Assembly: GCA_044226625.1 (NCBI GenBank)
Contig: JBGAGQ010000004.1
Coordinates: 64,001-128,000 of the forward strand
DNA: 64,000 bases
Origin: Thermoanaerobaculia bacterium
Lineage (GTDB): Bacteria > Acidobacteriota > Thermoanaerobaculia > Multivoradales > UBA5704
Reading direction: 5' to 3'
The position numbers and the translations under genes were made by a program. Below the pieces are notes generated by a model, which saw only the letters and a list, made by a program, of their open reading frames with translations, searched no databases and was not told the origin of the DNA. This document shows, in pieces, positions 29,356-41,210 of this stretch (position 1 is its first letter; the number at the start of each line of letters is the position of its first letter).

Positions 29356-29691
29356 GCACTTCTCCGTCAGCGCCCTGCGAGAGCCCAAATCGGGCGGCGC
29401 CTGCGAGAGCTCAGAATAGCGAGAGTTGCCGTAAGGCGCCTTTGGCGCTCATCTCCGTGGTATTGGTTCGGACAACCTCGGGTTACGAAACGGCGAGCGG
29501 GCCGCCCGAGCGCTTTCTGCCCGCCGAAAAGGACCTCGCGTACAAACAGGCGAGAACCGTCCTCGCAGGCTAAACTCCACGCAGAGGCCCGTCGCATGTT
29601 GGTTTCCCCGATCTCGATGGCCGTGCGCTCGTTCGCGCACCCGAATCGAATTTTAACGAAGAAGGATCGTGACCTCTCCAGGAGCCCGCCG

Positions 29692-30645
29692 ATGCCGAAG
29701 ATGCTGAAGCCGCTGGCCGTAGTCGCCGCGCTGTTCGCCCTCGGATCCTCGTCCGCCCGAGGCGGACTTCCGAGCGCCGACCTTTCGATCACCAAGACCG
29801 ACGGGGCGCTCACCTCGACGCCCGGCGGCACGGTGACCTACACGATCGTCGCGAGCAACGCCGGACCGGCCGGCGTCACGGGCGCCGGGTTCGGCGACCT
29901 GTTCACCGACCCGCTCCAGAACTGCACCTGGACCTGCGTCGGGCAGCTCGGCGGCGTCTGCTCGGTGCCCGCGGGAGGCGAGCCGAGCGCGAACCAGAAC
30001 GTGGATCTTCCGGTCGGCGGCCAGGTGGTCGTGACGGTGACCTGCGACATCGCCTCGAACGCGACCCTGTCGTTTTTCAACACCGCGACGATCACTCAGC
30101 CGGCGGGCATCGACGACCCGGTCGGGGTGAACAATTCCTCGACCGACGTCAACGGCCTCGACCCGATCGCCGACTTGACGATCACCAAGTCCGACGGCAC
30201 GTCGACCTTCACCCCCGGCGGCAACACGACCTACACGATCGTGGCGTCGAACGCCGGCCCCTCCGACGCGCCGGGCGCGACGGTGGTGGACAACTTTCCA
30301 GCCGGGCTCACCTGCAATTGGACCTGCGCCGGCAGCGGCGGCGGTACCTGCTCGCCGGCCGGTGCGGGCAATATCAACGACGGGGTGAACCTGCCGGCGG
30401 GCGCCAACGTCACCTATTCCGCGATCTGCTCGATCGCCCTGGGGACGCCCGAGCCGTTGGTCAACACGGCGAGCGTCGCCTCCCCGCAGACCATCCCCGA
30501 TCCGACCCCGGGGAACAACTCGGCCGCCGACTCGAACGTCCTCGCGACGGTCATTCCGACCCTCGGCGATTTCGGCCTCGCCGCGCTCGCGACCAGCCTC
30601 GGGCTGTTGGCGGCCCGGCGCCTTCGCCGCCGCCCGGCGCGATAG
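29692..30645 (+). CDS. DUF11-repeat secreted protein with IPTL-CTERM tail
   Basis: Two ADL.ITK.DG...PGG..TYTIVASNAGP domains; C-terminal IPTLGDFGLAALATSLGLLAARRLRRR. Confidence 0.88.
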   Translation: MPKMLKPLAVVAALFALGSSSARGGLPSADLSITKTDGALTSTPGGTVTYTIVASNAGPAGVTGAGFGDLFTDPLQNCTWTCVGQLGGVCSVPAGGEPSANQNVDLPVGGQVVVTVTCDIASNATLSFFNTATITQPAGIDDPVGVNNSSTDVNGLDPIADLTITKSDGTSTFTPGGNTTYTIVASNAGPSDAPGATVVDNFPAGLTCNWTCAGSGGGTCSPAGAGNINDGVNLPAGANVTYSAICSIALGTPEPLVNTASVASPQTIPDPTPGNNSAADSNVLATVIPTLGDFGLAALATSLGLLAARRLRRRPAR

Positions 30646-30908
30646 AGCGCGCGGCCTAGCCGCCGCCCGACGGAACACAACTTCGACCGGTGGAGCCCGC
30701 GGATCAGGGCTCCACCGGCCGAGCGCTGCAACCTTCCCGTCCCTCCTGCGTTCTTGAAGGTTGGTTCCTTTCGCCTAGCCCGCCGCCCTCGGCTGCGCCT
30801 CTCGAGGCGCCGAGGGGCGGCGGACCGATCCGAAGGGATCCGTGTGCCCCTTACGAAACTCTCCCCGCGCGCGCCGACGGGCGGCCGCCACCTTCGGAGG
30901 AATCGGCC

Positions 30909-33317
<2,409 letters not shown>

Positions 33318-33339
33318 GGGTTAAGGCCGGGCGCTCCGC

Positions 33340-33762
33340 CTACGAAGCGGTTCCCGTCGGCGGCCAGCGGCTCACGTTGAGGAGTCCGCTCGTCAAGAGG
33401 AGGTCCATGTCGCCATCTCGGGCGAGCAAGGCGCAGCCGTGCTCGTCAGCCAGAACCGCGATCAGGCAGTCGATCGTCGAGCGAATCGTCTTGCCGACCT
33501 GACGCAAAGCACGGTAAAGGTCCGCGGCCCTGAGATAGAAATCAATCCCCACCGGCTCGAGATAGGTCAGATCGCGGAATCTCAATTGAAGCCGGGAAAG
33601 ACCCTCCTCCCTCCGCAGACCTTGGAAGACCTCCGCCACGACAACTCCGCAGGTGCAGATCTCATGGTCGCTGGCGACCAAACTTGCCAACGCATGTCGC
33701 TCGGCCGACGCATAGCCGTTCAAGAAGTCGACCCAAACGGAGGTATCGACCAAGACCTTCAC
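33340..33762 (-). CDS. vapC: VapC family PIN-domain toxin
   Basis: LVDTSVW, E, IDCLIA, D acidic PIN residues; overlaps antitoxin stop. Confidence 0.92.
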   Translation of the reverse strand: MKVLVDTSVWVDFLNGYASAERHALASLVASDHEICTCGVVVAEVFQGLRREEGLSRLQLRFRDLTYLEPVGIDFYLRAADLYRALRQVGKTIRSTIDCLIAVLADEHGCALLARDGDMDLLLTSGLLNVSRWPPTGTAS

Positions 33763-33962
33763 GCCGCGCGGCCCCGGCCGCGCAGCTCATCCAGGTTTCC
33801 CTCCCAATGCATCTTGCCCTCGAACTCCAGAAGCTCTTGAAGGCGTCGACGACGGGCAAATTCACGCAAGGCTTCGTTGATTACGTCGGTCCTGGTTCTC
33901 CCTGGGGCCGCTTCCAAAGCTTTGGCGAGAGCCTCATCGTCGAGGTTGAGCGTGGTCCTCAT
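33759..33962 (-). CDS. vapB: VapB family antitoxin
   Basis: MRTTLNLDDEAL...VINEALREF...WEGNLDELR; ATG at 33962. Confidence 0.9.
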   Translation of the reverse strand: MRTTLNLDDEALAKALEAAPGRTRTDVINEALREFARRRRLQELLEFEGKMHWEGNLDELRGRGRAA

Positions 33963-33973
33963 GGCTTCTATCT

Positions 33974-34007
33974 CCATGCAGACGATAGAGGACGAGCATC
34001 TGCATGG
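33974..34007. promoter_or_regulatory. Inverted repeat, putative VapBC operator
   Basis: CCATGCAGA-16nt-TCTGCATGG immediately upstream of vapB. Confidence 0.5.
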
Positions 34008-34137
34008 CAAGGCCTGGGGGCGATCATTCGGAATGCCTTTCGAGTCCTCTCGCACTTCCGAGATCCTCGTTTCCCTTAGACTCACGGGGTAGCAGCATGC
34101 CCATCCGCGCGCTGTCGCGAAGGCGTGATCTCCGGCC

Positions 34138-35205
34138 CTACTTCCACTTGAAGATCTTGAGCGCGACGACGAAGCTCAAGACGCCCCAGGTGGCGACGAT
34201 AGCGAGCCGGGGCCAGATCACGGCGAGGCCGTGGCCTTCGTTGATGATGATGCGGAGCGCCTGGTTGAGCGCCGTGAGCGGCAGGGCGTTGACCACCGGC
34301 TGGATCGCGTCGGGGAAGCGCTCGGAGGAGAAGAAAGTTCCCGAAAGCAGCCACATCGGCAGGAGGATCAGGTTCGCGAGGCCGCTCGCCCCTTCGATCG
34401 TTTTGACCCGGGCGGCGACCAGGAGGCCGAGACCGCAGAACGACATCGCGCCCAGAAGCGAGGTCGCGAGCAGCAACAGGATCGAGCCGCGGACGGCAAC
34501 GCCGAAGGCGATCCAGCCGAAGCCGACGAGGATCAGGATCTCCGGGACGAGGAAGATCATCCGCCCGAGGATCTGGGCGAGCAGGTAATCGGCCTTGCGC
34601 ATCGGCGTCGCGATCAGGCGCTTCAAGACGCGTCGGCTGCGCGCCACGGCGACGGAGAAGGCGATGCTCCAGATCCCCGTACCCATCAGGTTCAGCCCGA
34701 GGAGACCGGGGATCAGGAAGTCGATGTAGCGCGCCCCCGGCTCGGTGACCTTTTCGGTTCCGACCGCGAGCGGATCGCGCCGGCCGGCCGCCCGCTGGAG
34801 CGCGTCCTCCGCTTCCAGTCGCGCGGTGCGGGCGTCCGGACGGGTCTCGTCCAGCGCGAGCCGAGGCGGGTGCCCGGCGCCCGAGCCGGGAATCACCAGG
34901 AGCGAGATCTTGCCGGTGCGCAGCGCCTCGCGCCCTTCGGTCTCCGGATAGGTCCGCGCCGTGAGTTGCGGCGAGCGGCCGAGAGCCGAGGCCGCCGCGT
35001 CCGCGCCCGGACCGGCGACCACGCCGACGGGGATCTTGTCCGGCCCTTTTTCCCGGAAGGCGAGCCCGAGGGCCACGGCGAGGAGGATCGGGAAGACGAA
35101 CACCCAGAACACCGCCTCGGGCTCGCGCAGGAACTCTTTCGCCCGGCAGGTGGTGAGCTCGACGAGCGATCCGAGGCGCCGTTTCGCGGTCGATCGGTCA
35201 CTCAT
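34138..35205 (-). CDS. ABC-2 type transporter permease
   Basis: REPEAVFW, YIDFLIPGLLG, LKRLIATP, LSGTFF, LPLT. Confidence 0.92.
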   Translation of the reverse strand: MSDRSTAKRRLGSLVELTTCRAKEFLREPEAVFWVFVFPILLAVALGLAFREKGPDKIPVGVVAGPGADAAASALGRSPQLTARTYPETEGREALRTGKISLLVIPGSGAGHPPRLALDETRPDARTARLEAEDALQRAAGRRDPLAVGTEKVTEPGARYIDFLIPGLLGLNLMGTGIWSIAFSVAVARSRRVLKRLIATPMRKADYLLAQILGRMIFLVPEILILVGFGWIAFGVAVRGSILLLLATSLLGAMSFCGLGLLVAARVKTIEGASGLANLILLPMWLLSGTFFSSERFPDAIQPVVNALPLTALNQALRIIINEGHGLAVIWPRLAIVATWGVLSFVVALKIFKWK

Positions 35206-36133
35206 CGCGGAGCGCCCTCCCGGTCAGCGCGACGAACAGGTCCTCGAGGGTCGCGCGGTGGGTCGACAGGTGAAGGAGCTTCGCCCCCTCCCGGTCGACC
35301 GCGGCGAGCAGCTCGGGGACGGCCTCGGTGAGCGAGGTGACCGCGAGCGACCAGACCTCGCCGAAGCGGCGCGCTTCCTCGACGCCGGCGATGGCGCGCC
35401 AGCGCTCGGCGCTCCAGTTCGGCTCGGTGTCGATCTCGACCACGTACGCCGAGGGGAGGCGCGAGATCAGCTCGCGCGGCGTGCCGAGCGCGATGACCTT
35501 GCCCTTGTCCACGATCGCGATCCGGTCGCACAGCTTCTCCGCCTCGTCCATGTAGTGGGTGGTGAGGAGGAGCGTCCCGCCGGTCGCGCGGAACCGCGAG
35601 ATCTGGTCCCACAGCTCGCGGCGGCTCTGCGGGTCGAGCCCCGTCGTCGGCTCGTCGAGGAACAGGATCGCCGGGCTGCCGACGAGGGCGCAGGCGACGG
35701 CTAGGCGCTGCTTCTGGCCGCCCGAGAGCTTGCCCACCCGGGCGTCCCGCTTCTCGGTGAGCGACAGCTCGGAAAGAACCGCCTCCGGGTCGCGCGCCTC
35801 GGCGTAGAACGAGGCGAACAGGCGGACGGTCTCGCCCACGGTGAGCTTCTCGTTGAGCTGCGTTTCCTGCAGAGAGATGCCGAGCCGCTCGCGCAGCTCG
35901 CGCTCGGACTCCTTCCAGCGCAGCCCGAGCACCTCGACCTCCCCCGCGTCCGGCTCGGTGAGCCCTTCGAGGATCTCGATCGTGGTCGTCTTGCCCGCGC
36001 CGTTCGGCCCGAGCAAGCCGAAGCATTCGCCCGGCTGGACCGCGAGGTCGAGCCCGTCGACCGCGGTCACGTCGGCATAGCGCTTGACCAGGCCGCGGCA
36101 GTGAATGGCGGGGCGTTCCGAGGCGGTAGACAT
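35198..36133 (-). CDS. ABC transporter ATP-binding protein
   Basis: GPNGAGKT, LSGGQ, LDEPTTGLD, TTHYM. Confidence 0.95.
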   Translation of the reverse strand: MSTASERPAIHCRGLVKRYADVTAVDGLDLAVQPGECFGLLGPNGAGKTTTIEILEGLTEPDAGEVEVLGLRWKESERELRERLGISLQETQLNEKLTVGETVRLFASFYAEARDPEAVLSELSLTEKRDARVGKLSGGQKQRLAVACALVGSPAILFLDEPTTGLDPQSRRELWDQISRFRATGGTLLLTTHYMDEAEKLCDRIAIVDKGKVIALGTPRELISRLPSAYVVEIDTEPNWSAERWRAIAGVEEARRFGEVWSLAVTSLTEAVPELLAAVDREGAKLLHLSTHRATLEDLFVALTGRALRDE

Positions 36134-36338
36134 CGCCGCCGGAAGCTAGCACAGGCGAGCGCGCTCCTCGGCCGCCATGGGACGGACGGCACGGAGCGCC
36201 ACGAAGGAGCAGGCTGTCGAAAAACTCTCCCCACGTCGCGGAGTTCCCGAGGACGACCCCGAGTCTGTCCGAGCGAAGCGAGTTACGAGGGGCTCCCTCA
36301 GGGAATCTCCTGCGACGAAAGAGTTTTTCGGCAGCCTG

Positions 36339-38555
36339 CTACGGCACGGACGAGGTGAGCTCGGCCGAGGCGTCGCTTTCGGTGGCGCGCCCCGCGGCCA
36401 GCTCGCGCGCGGCGAGCTCGACCTTCTTCTGGAGCGCCGGGTAGCCCGGCAGCGACCGGACCGCCGCGAGGTCGGGGTCGCGCGCCAGGAGATCGGGTCG
36501 ATGGAAGCTCGGTCCACCCGGGGCGACCAGCTTTTCCAGCTCGGCGAGCGCCGCGGGGGCTTCGCCCCGGGTCGCGTGGAGACAGGCCATGTTGTAGCCC
36601 GGAACCCAGCTGTCGGGACGCAGGCGGCCGGCCTTGCGGAAGAAGGTCAACGCCTCGCCGGGGCGGTTGAGACGCCGGGCGGAGTTGCCGGCCTGGACCA
36701 GCGCCGCGAAGTCGGACGGCGCCGCTTTGATCACCCGGCGGTAATTGGCGAGCGCGCGCCCCCACTCCCCCTGCTCGTAGGCCAGGTCGGCCAGCCGGCG
36801 CGCGGCGCGGGGAAAGCTCGGATCGAGCGCGAGCGCTTTTTCGTTCAGCTCTTTCGCCTTGGCGCGGTCGCCGCGGAGGGCGGCGAGCATGCCGAGGTTC
36901 GACAGCGCCTCGACGAATCCGGGCGACTGTTCGAGCGCGATCTTGAACTCCTTCTCCGCACCGTCGACGTTGCCTTCGAGCATGGCGATGGTGCCGAGCA
37001 TCGAGTGGACGCGCGCCTGGTCCGGAGAGATCGCGAGCGAGCGGTAATAGGCGTCGCGCGCTCCGTCGGCGTCCCCCTGGCGCAGCCGCGAAAGCGCCAG
37101 GATGTTCCAGCAGGTGACGTTCCTCGGGGTAGTCTTCAGGATGTCGCGGATCTTCGTCTCCGCGCCCGCCCAGTCGCCGGTCTGCGCCTGGTGGCGGGCG
37201 TCCTCCAGCTCCTGATAGAGGGCCATCCCGTCCTTCGGATCGATCCCGGACATCGCCTCCCGCTCGCCGCGCGGCGCGAGATAACCGAGGGCGCGCAGGG
37301 TCTCTTCGGTCTCCTTGTCCATCGGGTTCTGCTGGGCGGCGATCTCGCGCCGGCGGCTGTCGTCGAGGATCTTCTCGAGCTCGCCGTCCAGGATCGAACC
37401 GCGCCGGGCCTGGGTGGACATGAGATTCGCGAGCTCTTTCGGGTCGCGCGTGAGGTCGTAGACCTCCGGCCGCGGGGCGCGGATGTATTTCCACCCTCCC
37501 TTGCGGATGCCGTAGAGCGGCGCCATTCCGAAGCCGACCTCGGAGGTGAGGGATTCCGAATACTGGGCGAGCTCGGGCGGCTTCACCTCGCCGCGCATCG
37601 CCGGCAGCAGGTCGATTCCCTGCATCTCCTTGCCGCCGGGGAGCGCCAGGGCGGCGAGCACCGTGGGTGCCACGTCCTCGCTGCGGACCGGAGCGGTATA
37701 CACCTTCCCCGCCGGGACCGCGCCGGGAGCCCGCAGGATGAGCGGCACGCGCACCGTGGCGTCATAGATGAAGACCGCATGGGTTTTCTCGCCATGCTCG
37801 CCCAGGCTTTCGCCGTGGTCGGCGGTGAGCACCACGAGCGTCCGGTCGAGGGCACCGATCTTTTCGAGCTCGGCCAACAGCATCCCCACGCCCTGATCGG
37901 CGACCGCGATCTCTGCGTCGTACGGCGTGGGCGATTTGACCCGCTCGGCCATTGGCGGGTTGTTCGGCTGGTGGGGATCGAAGAAGTGCACCCACATGAA
38001 GAACGGCTTGTCCTTCTCCTTCCGCTCCCGCTGCCGGTGCCACGCCTCGAGCCAGCGCACCGCCCGTTCCGCCGTCTTCGGCGCCGAGCGGGAGCGGATC
38101 ATGAACAGCGGCGGCTCGTCCTCCGCCCACAGGTCGTCGTCGTAGCCGTCGAATCCTTGGCTCAGGTTGTAACGGCGGTTGAGCACCAGGGCGGAGACGA
38201 ACGCCTGGGTCTCGTATCCGGCCGCCTTGAACCGCTCGGCGAGCGTGGTGGCGCCGTCGCCCAAGGCGTAGGAGCCGTTGTCCCGCACCCCGTGCGCGGG
38301 CGGTAACAGACCGGTGAAAATCGTAGAATGGGAAGGTAGGGTGATCGGCGCCGCGGAGATCGCGTCGTCGAAGCGCGTCCCCTCACGGGCCAGGCGGTCG
38401 ATGTTGGGCGTCCGAGCGAGGGTGAAGCCGTAGGCGCCCAGTCGGTCGGCTCGCGTGGTGTCGAGCGTCACGATCAGGACGTTTTCGATCTTGGGCCGCG
38501 CGCACCCCGCCGCCCAACCGGTGAAAAAGGCCAGTCCGACGAGGCCGACGACCAT
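36339..38555 (-). CDS. Sulfatase-like hydrolase with C-terminal TPR repeats (lipoprotein-like)
   Basis: LDTTRAD, TPNID, TLPSH..IFTG, HFFDPH, ADHGE; TPR helices; AAGC lipobox; start uncertain. Confidence 0.88.
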   Translation of the reverse strand: MVVGLVGLAFFTGWAAGCARPKIENVLIVTLDTTRADRLGAYGFTLARTPNIDRLAREGTRFDDAISAAPITLPSHSTIFTGLLPPAHGVRDNGSYALGDGATTLAERFKAAGYETQAFVSALVLNRRYNLSQGFDGYDDDLWAEDEPPLFMIRSRSAPKTAERAVRWLEAWHRQRERKEKDKPFFMWVHFFDPHQPNNPPMAERVKSPTPYDAEIAVADQGVGMLLAELEKIGALDRTLVVLTADHGESLGEHGEKTHAVFIYDATVRVPLILRAPGAVPAGKVYTAPVRSEDVAPTVLAALALPGGKEMQGIDLLPAMRGEVKPPELAQYSESLTSEVGFGMAPLYGIRKGGWKYIRAPRPEVYDLTRDPKELANLMSTQARRGSILDGELEKILDDSRRREIAAQQNPMDKETEETLRALGYLAPRGEREAMSGIDPKDGMALYQELEDARHQAQTGDWAGAETKIRDILKTTPRNVTCWNILALSRLRQGDADGARDAYYRSLAISPDQARVHSMLGTIAMLEGNVDGAEKEFKIALEQSPGFVEALSNLGMLAALRGDRAKAKELNEKALALDPSFPRAARRLADLAYEQGEWGRALANYRRVIKAAPSDFAALVQAGNSARRLNRPGEALTFFRKAGRLRPDSWVPGYNMACLHATRGEAPAALAELEKLVAPGGPSFHRPDLLARDPDLAAVRSLPGYPALQKKVELAARELAAGRATESDASAELTSSVP

Positions 38556-38781
38556 CCGGAGCCACCCCACGCCCCCGTTTCGAAAGGCCGCCTCCGGCGA
38601 GATCGCGAAAGTGCAACGCCGATTCAGGAATGTACGCCGGCCACCACCGGCTCGGTTCACATTTCGCGCTCGATTTCGATAAGATCCCTGTCCCGCTCCG
38701 GCCACTCTCGCTGCACCTTTCTTTGACGACCACACCTCAGCATCCTACCAGCCTCATCGGTTGAACCCAGGAGGGAACTTC

Positions 38782-39882
38782 ATGAAGCGCGCAGTTGCAA
38801 TCCTTTCCGGCCTGCTCATCGCAGGTGCCGCATTCGCGGACGTCTCGGTGCTCGAGCGTCAGGGTCTGAACCGCCGCGGTCAGGCTCGGAAAATCGATCC
38901 CAGGAAGGCGGAACATCGCGGCACCTCGAAGGCGGCGGTTCGGTTCGGCGATCAGCCGCTCATCGACGCGTCCGGCCTCGAGTACTTCATCAACTCGAAC
39001 ATCACGCTGCTGACCACCAGCAGCGCTTCGGGCGCCGCTTCCGAGGCCAGCTACACCGGCCCGGTCAATGCCGACACCTCCGGCGGCGGCACGGTGAGCA
39101 CGACCCTCTCCGACGCCTTCGACGGCTACGGCGCGATCTGCATCAGCACCAACGGCGATACGGGGCCCTGCTCGACGGCCAACACCAACGTCACGATCTA
39201 CAACCAGAACGGCCCGGGCACGCTCGACGCCACCTGCGGCAACCGGCAAGTGGTTTTGAACCCGCAGACGATCGGCTCGCTCTCCGTCCAGCGCAAGATC
39301 CTGGTGCCGAGCAACGACGAGTTCGCGCGTTTCCTGAACATCGTCACGAACAACAGCGGAAGCACCCAGACCGTGACCCTGATCACGTCGAACAACCTGG
39401 GCTCGGACGGCAACACCTCGATCGTCGCGACCTCGAACGGCAACACCACCGCCGAGGTCACGGACTTCTGGGTCACGACGTTCCAGGCGTTCTCCGGCAC
39501 CACGTCGTCCGACGTGCGGCTCGGCCACGTCCTCCAGGGCGCGGGCGCGCGCACCCCGGTCGGTACGGTCAGCTTCGCCGACGGTAGCGACCTTCCCTTC
39601 TGGTCCTACACCTTCACGCTCGCTCCGGGCGAGACCAAGGCGATCATGAACTTCGTCACCGGTCAGCCGACCCGGGCCGAGGCGGCCGCCAAGGCGACGG
39701 AGCTCACCACGCTTCCGAACAACGCGTTGCAGTGCCTGACCCCGGCGGAGCGCTCGAACATCGTCAACTTCGAGGCCCGCGGCGTCACCGAGATCCCGAC
39801 CGTTTCGGGCGTCGGTCTCGCGGCGCTCGCGCTGCTGCTCGCCGGTGCGTCGTTCTTCGCCCTGCGTCGCAAAACGGCCTAA
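38782..39882 (+). CDS. Secreted protein of unknown function with IPTL-CTERM tail (paralog A)
   Basis: Signal peptide, Thr/Ser/Asn-rich beta body, IPTVSGVGLAALALLLAGASFFALRRK. Confidence 0.85.
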   Translation: MKRAVAILSGLLIAGAAFADVSVLERQGLNRRGQARKIDPRKAEHRGTSKAAVRFGDQPLIDASGLEYFINSNITLLTTSSASGAASEASYTGPVNADTSGGGTVSTTLSDAFDGYGAICISTNGDTGPCSTANTNVTIYNQNGPGTLDATCGNRQVVLNPQTIGSLSVQRKILVPSNDEFARFLNIVTNNSGSTQTVTLITSNNLGSDGNTSIVATSNGNTTAEVTDFWVTTFQAFSGTTSSDVRLGHVLQGAGARTPVGTVSFADGSDLPFWSYTFTLAPGETKAIMNFVTGQPTRAEAAAKATELTTLPNNALQCLTPAERSNIVNFEARGVTEIPTVSGVGLAALALLLAGASFFALRRKTA

Positions 39883-39914
39883 GCCCAAGGCGTAGAGCCG
39901 AGATTCAAGAGTCC

Positions 39915-39950
39915 GGGCCGTGCGGAGCCATGCTCCGCACGGCCCTTTTT
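39915..39950 (+). terminator. Rho-independent terminator
   Basis: GGGCCGTGCGGAGC-CAT-GCTCCGCACGGCCC-TTTTT. Confidence 0.88.
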
Positions 39951-40034
39951 GTCCCGCCTTCCCCTCGCTTCTCTTCCTGGTGTAGGATTTGGTGAAAGTT
40001 TCTAATATTCGCTATCCACTTAGGGAGGAAGACG

Positions 40035-41156
40035 ATGAAGCGCGTGGTTCTCGGCCTCGCTGGCCTGCTAGTGGCATCCGCAGTTTTCGCAGACGTCGCC
40101 GTTCTCGAACGGCAGGCTCTTCCCGGGGCCAAAGGCCCTGCCAAAGCGAAGAGCGTCAAGCGGAACAACGTGCGGGCGACCGGCTCTCAGCAGCTGATCG
40201 ATTCGTCGAACTTCGAGTACTTCATCAACACGAACATCACCTTCTCCACCTCGAGCAGCGCGTCCGGCGCGGCGTCCGAGGCGAGCTATACGGGCTCGGT
40301 CCAGGCTACGACCTCCGGCGGCGGAACGGTGAGCTCGACGCTCAACGACGCGTTCGACGGCTACCAGTCGCTCTGCCTAAGCTTCGACGGTGGGACCGGA
40401 CCGTGCCAGAGCGGAGGCGGGGGAGCCGGACGCGGCGGCAAGATCGCCGGTACCGCGTCCTACTTGATGTACAACCAGAACGGCCCGGCGACGCTCGACG
40501 GCACCTGCGCCAACCGCCAGGTGATCCTTCCCGTTGAGGCGTTCGGCTCGGTCAACGTCCAGCGAAAGGTGTTCGTACCGACGAATGATGCCTTCATTCG
40601 CTGGGTCGACATCTTCACCAACACCGGCGGCACGACGCAGAGCTTCAACGCGATCACGAGCAACAACCTGGGGTCGGACGCGAACACGGTTCTCGTCGCC
40701 ACCTCGAGCGGCGACGCGTCGGCGACCACCGCGGATACCTGGGCGACGTCCTTCCAAAATTACTCGGGAACCACGTCGTCGGACCCTCGGCTCGGCCACG
40801 TCTTCTGGGGGCTGGGCGCACCGGTACCTCTCAGCGGGATCACCTTCACGGACCAGAACCCGTACTGGCATTACAACCTGACCCTAGCGCCGGGTCAGAC
40901 GCAGATCATCATGAACTTCGCGACCGGCCAGCCTTCCAAGGCCGCCGCGGCCGCGAAGGCCGCCGAGCTCGCTGGACTGCCGGACAATACCCTTCAGTGC
41001 TTGTCCACCACCGAGCGCCAGCAGGTGGCGAACTTCGTGGCCCAGCGGGTGCCGGTGATCGAGGTTCCAACCGTCTCGGGCTTCGGTCTCGCGGCGCTTG
41101 CTCTGCTCCTGGGAGCGGCTTCGTTCATGCTGCTCCGGCGTCGCGCCATCACCTAA
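40035..41156 (+). CDS. Secreted protein of unknown function with IPTL-CTERM tail (paralog B)
   Basis: Colinear with paralog A; VPTVSGFGLAALALLLGAASFMLLRRR; GGAGG RBS. Confidence 0.85.
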   Translation: MKRVVLGLAGLLVASAVFADVAVLERQALPGAKGPAKAKSVKRNNVRATGSQQLIDSSNFEYFINTNITFSTSSSASGAASEASYTGSVQATTSGGGTVSSTLNDAFDGYQSLCLSFDGGTGPCQSGGGGAGRGGKIAGTASYLMYNQNGPATLDGTCANRQVILPVEAFGSVNVQRKVFVPTNDAFIRWVDIFTNTGGTTQSFNAITSNNLGSDANTVLVATSSGDASATTADTWATSFQNYSGTTSSDPRLGHVFWGLGAPVPLSGITFTDQNPYWHYNLTLAPGQTQIIMNFATGQPSKAAAAAKAAELAGLPDNTLQCLSTTERQQVANFVAQRVPVIEVPTVSGFGLAALALLLGAASFMLLRRRAIT

Positions 41157-41176
41157 GTTGCTGATCCCGGGAAACG

Positions 41177-41205
41177 AGGGCGGCCCCTCCTAGGGCCGCC
41201 CTTTT
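41177..41205. terminator. Rho-independent terminator
   Basis: AGGGCGGCCC-loop-GGGCCGCCCTTTT. Confidence 0.8.
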
Positions 41206-41210
41206 CGTCA

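Noticed and set aside
29400-29650. Possible riboswitch in the long intergenic region
   Set aside because: Only generic GC hairpins; no recognisable aptamer consensus by eye (an Rfam/Infernal scan would settle it)
28930-29691. N-terminal extension of the DUF11 protein
   Set aside because: Overlaps the DUF429 gene antisense; signal peptide and RBS indicate a start at 29692
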